Below the pieces are notes generated by a model. The model saw only the letters and a list, made by a program, of their open reading frames with translations, did not search any database and was not told where the DNA came from. A stretch of DNA of 63,481 bases, counting the filler, from Reclinomonas americana ATCC 50394 (Eukaryota), in the NCBI GenBank assembly GCA_048213135.1. It is 16 parts of 16 records of this genome, joined end to end, with 100 filler letters (N's around TTAATTAATTAA, not from the genome) between each part and the next. Parts side by side here need not be neighbours in the genome. Positions count along the whole stretch, not along the records: positions 10,850 to 16,908 come from AFZH01021535.1; positions 17,009 to 39,910 come from AFZH01021536.1; 14 more parts are not named here. One strand, written 5' to 3'. Position 1 is the first letter of the stretch, and the number at the start of each line of letters is the position of its first letter. Positions 11,933 to 22,312 of the stretch are shown piece after piece. The position numbers were made by a program, and so were the translations under genes.

Positions 11933-14900
11933 GGATGGCACCGTCCGCCTGTGGGACCTCTCAGGCCCAGCCGGCCATGACGTCTGCGAGGCCGTGGTCC
12001 AACTGAACAACTCGGCCAGCACACAAGCCCGCTCGGTCACCTCGGTGGCCCTGCGAGGACGCCTGCTCTTCACCGGTGTCGACGACGGCACCATGCAGGC
12101 GTGGGACGTGCTGAAGACGCCGCACGAGCGCATTATGCGCATTGACGCCCCACCCGGCCTCACCGGCTCACCCGTGTGGGGCCTGGCCGTGTCACCGCGT
12201 GGTGACTTGGTGGCGACGGGTGCTGGCCGCTCGGTCAGCCTGCACTCGCTCGGTCGTGCCGTTGGCTCGCTGGACGGACACGAGGGCGACGTGAACCGCA
12301 TCAGCTTTTGCCCGGAGCTGTACATTGAGGGCGGTGCGCCGGAGGGCGAGGTGCTGAATCTGCTGGTGACGGCCAGCGACGACGGCACGGCGCGCATTTG
12401 GGACGTGACGACGCGGGAGTGTGTGCGTGTGCTGAAGCACCCGCCAGGCACTGGCGTGTTTGGCTGCTGCTGGAGCCCCGATGGTCGCCACGTGGCCACC
12501 AGTGTGTGGAAGGGCGATAACCGCATTCGCATTTTTGACGTGGAGTCGGCGCGCTGTGAGGTGGTCTGCGAGGGTCACACGGGTCGTGTGTGCGACGTCA
12601 GCTGGTCGCCCAATGGCAAGTACCTGTTGTCGGCCTCCCATGATAACTCGGTGCGTAAAGGGGAAAGGGAGGGAGGGGGAAGGGGGATGAGGGGGAAGGG
12701 ATTAAAGGGGAAGGGCGAAGGGATAAAAGAGTAAGGGAGAGGGGATAAAAGAGTAAGGGAGAGGACCTGAGGGAATCTCGTTCTCTTCTTTGCTTCTTCT
12801 CTCATGTCCACTTTATTCTTCTCTGACTGCTTTGTTTTCTGATCGTCGCTCACTTCTCAACTGGTATATGCGTTTTCCTGCCTGCCTCATTCCAATGTTA
12901 ACTCCAGCCTTCATCCACTTGCTTCTCCACTTGCTTCTCCACTTGCTTCTTCGCTCGGTTGGTTGCTTTCTTTTCACTCTCTTCTCCAGGCTGTTCTCCA
13001 CTCTCCCCTCCACTCTCCCCTCCACTCTCCTCTCCACTCTCCTCTCCACTCTCCTCTCCACCCTCTTCTTCACTCTCTTCTCCACCCTCTTCTCCACCCT
13101 CCACTCCACTTCCTTCTCCACTCCCCTCTCCATATTCTCACCCTTCACCTCTCGAACAGGTCCGCTTGTGGCAAGTGAGCGACGGCAGCTGCTTGTCAAC
13201 ACTGACCGACCACCGCGACAAGGTGTTTGCCGTGTGCTGGAACAACGATGGCACACGCTTCGCCTCGGCCAGTCGTGACAAGACAATTTTGATTTACCCC
13301 GTGACGGCGTCTGGTGAGTGCTTCTCATGATGTGATCTCTCTCTACATGCAGCTGCTTATGTGTGCTTGCTGCAGATTCCATGGACACGTCGGCGATTCC
13401 TCTGCTGGAGCGCGTTCCGCAAACGGAAAACACTGGCAAGCTCGTGTGCTTGCAGTGGAACTGGGAGCGCTCCGCCGCCAACCGCGATGTCGTGCTGCGA
13501 GTGGCGCACTTGTATCCCGACAATGTGACGAAGAAATGTTGCGTGTTGGGGGAAAGAGAAGGGAGGGGAAGGGAAAGGGAAGGGGAGGGGAAATGGAGAG
13601 AGCACAGGCAGTTGCACTTAAAGTTAGAGTGCATCAATGAGAAGTGTTGTGTTGCTATCTGTTTCTCTCTGTTTCTCTCTGCCTCTCTCTGTTGCTCTCT
13701 GTTGCTCTCCGTTTCTCTCTGTTTCTTTCTGCTTCTCTCTGTTCCTCTCTGTTGCTCTCTGTTTCTCTCTGTTCTTCTCTGTTTCTCTCTGTTTCTCTCT
13801 GTTTCTCTCTGTTCCTCTCTGCTTCTCTCTGTTCCTCTCTGTTTCTCTCTGCTTCTCTCTGTTTCTCTCTGTTTCTCTCTGCCTCTCTCTGTTTCTCTCT
13901 GTTTCTCTGTTTCTCTCTGTTCCTCTTTTGTCTCTGTTGCTTTCTGAGTCTCTGTTTCTCTCTGTTGCTCTCTGTTTCTCTCTGTTTCTCTCTGTTTCTC
14001 TCTGTTTCTCTCTGTTGCTCTCTGTTCCTCTCTGTTGCTCTCTGTTCCTCTCTGTTGCTCTCTGTTTCTCTCTGTTTCTCTCTGCGTCTCTCTGTTGCTC
14101 TCCGTTTCTCTCTATTTCTCTGAGTCTCTGTCGCGGTTTTCTCGTCACCCTTTCTCTCACTCTCACTCGACCTGCTCTCACTCACCCTTCATCAATCACC
14201 TTTCCCTCACTCACTCACCCTTTTCCTCTTCCTTTCCCTCTTCCACAGTCATCGCCGCCGACGAATTCATCAAGCTCAACGCACAAGGCACACAACTCGG
14301 TATTGTGCTCTCGTGCGAGGAGGCTGGCACTCACCGCGTGCGTCTCGAGGCGTGCGGTGGCGCCAATGGCGGACCTGCAGAGTTGCGATTCCACACATAG
14401 CACGCTCATTTACATCCCTTTCTCTCACTCTTGCTGCTGTTCAGATGGGTCTCCGGTCCGTGGACCTTCATCTCCCCGCCGGCCATCCCCAAGGGCGTGC
14501 TGCAGCACCACGTGCACCCCACGTCGGCGCTGTCACTCCGCCTGCAGGATGCGCTGCCGTTCGAGGCCTCGGTGACGTGGGATACACGCCCATTCGAGTG
14601 CATGTCGCGTCACGCTCCGTGGGCACTCGCTCGTCTCGGCGAGGCCGAGTTGCGCGTGGTGATGACGGGCCAGGTGACTTGCGTGGTGGGCAAGACACAC
14701 GCTCCGCTGTTGGATGGCCTGTGTAGGATATCCAAGCTGCTGCCTGGGCGCGAGTACCGCATTGAGATGCGTCTGTGGAGCGGCTCGTCGGAGCTGATGG
14801 TGGAGAGCGTGGAGTTTACGACTCAGGCGCTGAGTTGCGTTTCTTGTGCGATTGACTGCTGCTTGGCTGCGGCAAGTAATCTCACGTGGTCGGCGTGCAG

Positions 14901-16426
14901 ATGACTTGCAACAACGCAACTGCGAGACAATGGCCCAGGAGCTGGTGCGCGATGCCATGGACACGAATGGTCCGATCGCACTGGATCACACGCACCCGCC
15001 AGAGCATCGTTGCGTCTCGTTTTCTGCGTTGTTTCTTGTCGCTCCTCTTTCGGATTGCGTTCCCTGTTGCTGTTTCTCGTCTCAGATGCTTTGTAACTTG
15101 ATTCCACTCCTGCGCTGTTCCATCCTCCTTCTCGTGCTTCAATCCTGCTCTCTCTCTCCTTCTCGCTTTTCTTCTCGCTTTTCTTCTCGCTTTTCTTCTC
15201 GCTTTTCTTCTCGCTCTGCTTCTCGCTCTCCTTCTCGCTTTTCTTCTCGCTTTTCTTCTCGCTTTTCTTCTCGCTTTTCTTCTCGCTTTTCTTCTCACTT
15301 TTCTTCTCGCTTTCTTCTCGCTTTTCTTCTCGCTTTCTTCTCGCTTTCTTCTCGCTTTCTTCTCGCTTTCTTCTCGCTTTCTTCTCGCTTTCTTCTCGCT
15401 TTCTTCTCGCTCTCCTTCTCCTTCTCTCCTTCTCCTTCTCTCCTTCTCCTTCTCTCCTTCTCTCCTTCTCCTTCTCTTTCTCTCCTTCTCTCCTTCTCTC
15501 CTTCTCTCCCTCTTCCTTTCCTTCTCTCCTTCTCCTTCTCTCCTTCTCTCCTTCTCCTTCTCCTTCTCCTTCTCCCTCACCCACCCTTCCCCAAATTCCT
15601 CAGGCACCCCCGCCGACCTCTCACTGCTCCCCGGCGAGCTGGTGGACAAGCTGCACCAGCTGCTGGAGCGCGTCAAGGGCCTCGAGCCCGCCGAACCCGA
15701 CGCTGTCGACATTGGCGATCAGCAAGTGTCGGTGCGCAGTCGCGTGGCCGACTTTGTCAACACGGTGTCGGGGTTGATTCTCGAGTGCGACGAGATGGCG
15801 GCGCCGCTGCACCAGTCGTATGTGCCGCACGCGGCGCGCGCGATTCGCATGCTGAGCGAGGACTTGACGGCGCTGACGAACGAGATCAACAGCTCGGCGC
15901 TGATGCTGCTCGAGTTGGCCGACACGGACGAGGTGCTGCGCAACACCAAGTCGTCGATTACGCGCTTCTCTGCGCGCTGGGAGCAGCGGCATCACCAGGA
16001 GAAGCTGGTGAAGAATCTCGATGAGCGCGAGGCGCGCAGTCAGGCGGCTCTGACGGCCACTTTCCGCGTTCTCGAGTCGTTTGCCGACGAGGAGAAGGCG
16101 GTGATGGAGAAGTGGCAGGCACTGGCTGAGGTTTGTGGGAGACGAGGGAAAGGGGGAGATGGAAAAGGAGAAGCTAACTCTCTCTGTGTGTGTAGGACTG
16201 CCATCAAGATGCTTCGCGGGCGCGCGAGTGGGCCGCGCACGTGGAGCACAGTGTGCGAGCTGCGCAGGAGCGTGTCATGTTTACTCGTGACGAGGTGCTG
16301 GCGGAGCAGCGGTCGTTGGAGGACGAGCTGGAGCGGTTGCGAATGGCGCTGGAGAACAATGAGCATAAGCGCAAGATTCTCGATGCGTGTGAGGCGCAGC
16401 TGACGTCGCAGGAGGAGCGAGTGAGG
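11933..16426 (+). CDS. Multi-exon WD40-repeat protein with a fibronectin-III-like region and C-terminal helical/coiled-coil region (partial)
   Basis: Exons 11933-12650 and 13160-13313 carry WD repeats (GHEGDVNRISF...LLVTASDDGTARIWD; GHTGRVCDVSWSPNGKYLLSASHDNSVRLW). Phase-compatible exons follow from 13376, ~14249, ~14445 (LLPGREYRIEMR, FN3-like), 14901, 15604 and 16197 (heptad-rich). Confidence 0.8.
13655..14120. repeat. Intronic 10-bp minisatellite (CTCTCTGTTT variants)
   Basis: Directly visible. Related intronic tracts at ~15160-15575 (TTCTCGCTTT) and ~16550-16760 (GAGAAGAGAC). Confidence 0.9.
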
Positions 16427-17009
16427 TGAGGAAGTGGGAAGGGGGAGAAGGGGGAAAGGGGAAGGGGGACAAAGGGGAAGGAGGATAAAGGAGAAGGAGA
16501 AGGGATGGGAGATAAAGGAGAGGGGAAGCGAGAGAAGGTGAGAGAAGGCGAGAGACGAGAAGTGACAAGAAGAGATAAGAAGAGACGAGAAGAGACGAGA
16601 AGAGACGAGAAGAGACGAGAAGAGACGAGGAGAGACGAGGAGAGACGAGGAGAGACGAGGAGAGACAAGAAGAGACGAGAAGAGACGAGAAGAGACGAGG
16701 AGAGACGAGGAGAGACGAGAAGACACGAGAAGACACGAGAAGACACGAGAAGAGACAAGAAGAGTCAAGAAGAGTCTAGAAGACACGCTTGTTATAGTCG
16801 TAGAAAGACACAACATCGCTTCTTTTCTCTCCTCTTCTCGCCTCTTCTCGTCTCTTCTCGTCTCTTCTCGTCTCCATTCGCCTCTCTCGCTTATTCTTGT
16901 TTCTCCCTNNNNNNNNNNNNNNNNNNNNNNNNNNNNNNNNNNNNNNNNNNNNTTAATTAATTAANNNNNNNNNNNNNNNNNNNNNNNNNNNNNNNNNNNN
17001 NNNNNNNNC

Positions 17010-17546
17010 GTGCCGAGCCCGACCGACAGCTTCATCAACGAGGCCTTCCCCACTGGCCTCAACTCGTCTTCGTCGTCGACGGCCACCACCCCGGCACAGT
17101 CGCCGGCGGCGACGCCGACCAAGTCGGCCACCAATGACAGCATTGGACCGTCGACGCCCAAGTCGGCGCGCAGCAACAGTGGTGGTGCGCTGCCGTCGGG
17201 CGCCCTGATGGCGATGCGCATGCAGCGTGTGCTGGCCGCCAGTCTCAAGGAGTCGCCTCCCAGCGGAGTGCGATTCAAGCGTGCGACGGGCACGATTGAG
17301 ATCATGTTTGACATGCTGGCGGAGAAGAACACGCTGCGGTGTCAGCGGGCGCTGGAGATTTGCGTGCGCGCACTGCAGCTGCTGATTGGCAAGGGCGGCA
17401 ATGTGGCGTCGGAGGAGAGACACGATGAGGATCTGCTGATTGTGAAGGCCACGGTGGGATCGCCACCCAAGGAGCACTTGATGGAGGATCTCGATGACAA
17501 GCTGGCAAGTGCGGTGGCGCAGGCCAGGGAGGAGTTGAAGCGATGA
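17010..17546 (+). CDS. Terminal exon, probably the 3' end of the WD40/coiled-coil gene
   Basis: GC-rich open frame of 178 codons (S/T/P-rich, then helical) ending in TGA, on the same strand as the gene truncated at the previous linker. Confidence 0.6.
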   Translation: MPSPTDSFINEAFPTGLNSSSSSTATTPAQSPAATPTKSATNDSIGPSTPKSARSNSGGALPSGALMAMRMQRVLAASLKESPPSGVRFKRATGTIEIMFDMLAEKNTLRCQRALEICVRALQLLIGKGGNVASEERHDEDLLIVKATVGSPPKEHLMEDLDDKLASAVAQAREELKR

Positions 17547-18198
17547 GGGAGGGGACTAAAGGGAGATAGATAGATTATTATGAGTAGGGTAGTTTTTTTG
17601 ATGTTGATTAGTTAGTTGTTTTGCTTTCCCCTTTTTTTCTTTTGTTGTTGTGTTCTCGTAAGTGGCGAGATTGATGGCAAAAGGAGTGTACAACGATGGT
17701 TGGTTATGAGGGGGGATGGGGGGGGGAAGGGAGGGGGCAAGAGGGAAAGGGAGGGGAAAAGAGAAAAGGGAGGGGAGAGGGGGAGGGAGAGGGGGAGGGA
17801 GAGGGGGAGGGAGAGGGAGGGAGAGGGAGAGGAAGAGGACGAGGACGAGGAAGAGGACGAGGAAGAGAGAAAAGAAAGAGAAAGAGAAGAGAAAGATAAA
17901 GAGGGAGAGGAATTAGGGAAAGGGAGAGGGACAGGAAGAGGGAGAGGAGACGTGAGAAACAAGAATAGGAGGGAGGTGCAACGGAGAGAGAGTTGAGGGG
18001 ATGCCTTTGAAGCGCGAGATAATGGTGGAATGCTAGAGAAAGAGGGGAAGAGGGTGAGATAATGAAAGAGCGAAGAAAGAGACATAAAAACGCAACACAG
18101 AAAAGACCGCAAAGCACAGGCAGTTCTGATGAGGTCGTGCGTTGCAAACACAAATTCTCATTGTCAACACCGAATAACACATACTATTTGCACTAACT

Positions 18199-21100
18199 TC
18201 ACAGCTCCATGGTGAAGCCACCGAGCTTCTCTCTTAGATCGCGCATCACCATCCTCGCCTCAGCCGCAGTTGGTCTGTCATAGAAAAGCGACATGCATCT
18301 GCACAGATAGCAAGCGAAGTGAGTTGAGAACCAACTCTTCTCTCTCTCTCTCTTCTCCGTCGGACGCAACTGCACCCCCAACCGCAACATCCCACTTGCC
18401 ACATCTGCCGGCCACTCACCCGCAGCAAGATCCGCCTCCTCCGCACCGTCCGCCGACTCGAGTGACCGCTCCCACTGCGCAGCCTGTCCCACCACTGCAC
18501 GTGCCTCGCGACCCGTTAGCAGTTGCAGCAGAATGACTCCGAATGCGTGCAGATCCATGGCTGCACGAATCTCGCCCGAGCGGACGAACAGCGGGTCGAT
18601 GTAGTGCGGGGAGCCAGAGTGTTTGGCGGTGTGGTGGTGGGTCTGTGCGCGGGGAGAGAGGGGGATGAGAAGAGAATGACGAAGAGAGATGCATTCTCTG
18701 TTCGTGAACTCGCTCTCAAGTCACCATCGCCACACATGCGAGAGTGAACAATGCCATTCTGTCTCTTCTCTCCGCGACGAGAATTGTTGTGCAACTCATC
18801 CTCTCAACGTGGAGACAGACGAGTACACATTTACCTTTCTCTCACCAACTGCACAAATCACAGGTGCCGATCAAGGAGACACGGAGAACGAGAGTATTCT
18901 CATGCACCAGAGTTGCGAAGGAAATAAGTGTGGACACAGAATGAGCAAGGTGGTCACTCTGAAGAATACAGAAGAGTGCACATGTACGACAAACATGAAC
19001 GCTCTATCGATCACACCGCAAGCACGTGCTAAGTTTCGATGACAACCATGAAAGAATCCACTCGACACCGAGAATGAGAAGTGGAAAGAAGAAGTGCTCT
19101 TGGCCTTCCAACAAGCAACTGTGCAAGGGGATCGACAGAGCGAGTGCAACGCATTCCAACAAAGAGGAAGAGGAGAATCATCTTCCCGTGCAATCTCCCA
19201 CATGCTGGCACACGCTCACCTCCCCTTCGTCAAAAATACGCGCAATTCCAAAGTCACCGAGTCGCGGCTCACATCGAGTGTCGAGCAAAATGTTGGATGG
19301 TTTGAGATCGCGATGCACAACGCCGTTCTGAGAGGAGAGAGAGTGAGGGTGATTGTGGAAGAGAAGAAGAACATGTGAAAGAGAGGATGATTGTCTCCGA
19401 GAATGCGCGACGACGAGAAAGGAACGACGCACCGAGAGAGTGCCATTCGAGGTCAGATTGTGCGTGAGATGGAGAGAAGAAAAGAAAGATCGCCAACAAA
19501 CACATAGCAAATGATGACATCCACAAGTGAACTGTCGAGAGTGAGAAGCACGACTAGAGAAAGACAAGAAACACAATCCAACGACAGGCAACCCAAGGAA
19601 GTCGAGTCAGCTGACAATAACCAAAGACACAGCCTTATTAACAAAGAAGAGTCTCTAGATGCTCTCGCGAACCACACGCAAACAATGATTACTCTCGCGA
19701 AGCACAGCAGGAAAGGGAGGGAGTTGCCTCACTCACCTGATGCAAGAAGCACATGCCCTCAACAATGCCGAGTCCGATTTGTACGCGCTCCACCACCGTC
19801 AGTGGCTGCATGCCGGCCGCTCGCTTCATGAGTCGCACCTCCAGATCCTGTCCACTGTGTGCGAAGCAAGGGAGGTGAGAAGAAGAAGGGAACGCAGAGA
19901 GAAAAGGAAAGAAGCAAAAGGAGGAGACAACGCGCTTCGGTAAAGAAGAATGACGATCTCTGGAAGGTGCTCATTGTTGTGTATGGAGCAGTGAAGATTC
20001 AGATTATTACAAAGAGTGAGAGAGAGAAAGAGAAACAATGAAGGGAGGTGGAGAGCGAACAGCGGAGAGACAGATATGATGCAAGTAAACGGGAGTGAAC
20101 AGAAGAGAATCAACAAACCAACCGCCTCATCACACTTCCCCACGAACTCACCGCATTGCTCGATATACCAAACATCGCCCTCGCACACCACCGCCCTCCA
20201 CCAGCGTGGAGTAGCCGAGAAGTGGAACAAGTCGACGATGATGCAGTCGTCCAATTGTGTTCAACTGGCGAGAGAAGGAGTGAGACAAGAAACAACCCAA
20301 GCCTGTTTCCGTCTGGTAGCAACAGACCTCGGCATCGTACGACTCCATTGCCGATGGCGCGGCACCATCCAGTCGCTTGACAGCCACCTCGTCCTCGTTC
20401 AGCCAACACAGATACACCTCACCATGACCGCCTTCGCCGGCCTTCAGGTCGTCGGAGAAGGATTCAGTGGCGCGTAGAATGTCGGGCCAGGGGTACTCGC
20501 GTAGGCGATTGGGATCCGCGGCTGCAGATGGGGAAAGAGAGAGAGGTTCAGAGTGACAGTATGCAGAGAAGAGGTGCATCTCTCTCAGTCATACCTTGGA
20601 GGGTGGCCAGCTCGCGGCGCAAACGACTGTTTTCATGCGTGAAATCGACTCGCTCACTGGCAAACAGTTGCGCCTGCTGTTCCAGCTCACGCTGCAGCTG
20701 CGAGACACGTTGTTCCGCAGTGACGAGAGCCTGTTGGAGTTCCTCGTGCTGCCGCTCATGTTCCCGCAGCTGCTGCTCTCGCTCACAGCGGTATGCTTCG
20801 TATTCACGCTGAAGATGAGAAATGATGGCGTCCTTGTCGGCTAGCTGGCGCGCCACCGTGGCGGCGTCCAGTGCCTGCCCAGAAGCAGGGAGGTCAGAAA
20901 GAGTAGAGAGAAAAAGAGCGAGAAGAAACCACCACAGACGGTGCGCGAATGGACTGATATAGGAAGGAATTCGCAGATTCTTACCTGCCGCTGTGGCGAA
21001 GCTGCTGACGAGCAGATTTGATGATGGGACGGAGTAGGAACACAAAGTCACGAAGTGCAGGTCAGCATTCGCAACGGAGAGACAACCGCACACGTCAGAG

Positions 21101-21828
21101 AAAGACCTGGAGGTGGAGGAGATCGCGGCTGCTGTTGTTGTTGTTGTCGTTGACGTGGTGGTGCTGGTTGTGCAGCGAGGTGGTCCAGCAACTCGGCTAC
21201 TTGCTGGTGGTCGTAGTCGCGTGCCACTTGAGCCGCCGACTTGCCCTTCTTGTTGACCATGGGAACGAGGTCGGGGAAGCGAGTGGCGAGGAGTCGCACA
21301 ATGGCTTCGTGCCCTAAAGCAGCAGCGAAATGCAGTGCAGTGGACTGTGGATTCTTGTGACGATCATTGGTACCCGCCCGCACCATCTCCAGCGGACATC
21401 GTCGCTCATCGGCCAGCAGCCACTCCACCACTTGCAGACGCCCAAAGTTGGCAGCGATCATCAGCGGTGTCGTGCCGTAGTCGGTGACCATCTGTGCGAG
21501 TTCCGGACCGACACCACTCTCCTCCCACAAATACTCCAACACGGAGAGATGGCATTGTTGAGCGGCACAGAAAAATGCCGAGGCGCCATTCTCATTCATC
21601 TCCTCTCTCTTCAGCAGAGTGTGTTCGCCGTCAAGCGCCACCAACTCGCGCAGTGCCTTCACATTGCCATTCCACGCCATCTGCCATGCTCTCAGCCTGC
21701 GGAGCACAACAAGCAGAGAGTGAGTGTGCATTTCAGAGATCGATCTGACAATAATACAAACATCACACATACACACACCTCCGAGCGCCACCACTCCCCC
21801 CCACAGCTCCCCTGCGCGCCGCGCTCAT
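18199..21828 (-). CDS. Ankyrin repeat-coiled coil-IRAK/Pelle/RLK-family Ser/Thr kinase, copy 1 (10 exons, 614 aa)
   Basis: Exons 21828-21779, 21696-21107 (ANK), 21004-20985, 20874-20595 (coiled coil), 20521-20328, 20264-20152, 19854-19737, 19327-19220, 18642-18371, 18298-18199. All GT-AG, total 1845 nt in frame. Motifs [16 protein letters not shown] (Tyr gatekeeper), [37 protein letters not shown]. Confidence 0.9.
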
Positions 21829-21894
21829 CCTCCCCAACAACGACAGGAACAAAGTCGTGACAGAAGTCCCGCAAGTTCGTTCACTTCGTCGTTT

Positions 21895-22020
21895 CCACTT
21901 TACTTCCCTCGCTCACTCGCGACTCGACAAACGCACACAGCCATCGAACTTCACGTATGCGACAGAGTAAACACCCGCACAAACAGAACTCAACAAAGTC
22001 GACGTTCATCACGACGTCGC
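21895..22020 (-). promoter_or_regulatory. Conserved upstream (putative promoter/5'UTR) block of the array genes
   Basis: The block ctcgctcactcgc...cacagcc.tcgaacttcacg...gtcgacgttcatcacg lies upstream of copies 1, 2 (~26040-26150), 3 (~30190-30300) and 5 (~39540-39645), but not copy 4. Confidence 0.5.
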
Positions 22021-22312
22021 CATTCCGTAAGTTCAAGCTTAAGTACCTTTCGCCGACCGACGTATGAGGTTCCTTATCGCACACCTTCATTATCGTACTC
22101 AGCATTCTCCTGCTCTCATATCGAGCGACAAGATGCCTCGAGGGCTGGGCACTGAAATCTCGCTCGGAGTCGCCCAGCGGGCTGCATGGTGACTGTCCGC
22201 AGTCAATATCGACAGTCTCCAGTCACCTCCCAACAGCGCAGGCGACAGATATGGCCACAAGCGTCGGAGGGCACCTGGATTGTAATGCACCTTCTTCTCC
22301 CTTGTTGTCTCT

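Noticed and set aside
3916..16960. Long L/S/P-rich or R/E/G-rich ORFs in the ORF track
   Set aside because: They are translations of intronic microsatellites that happen to lack stop codons.
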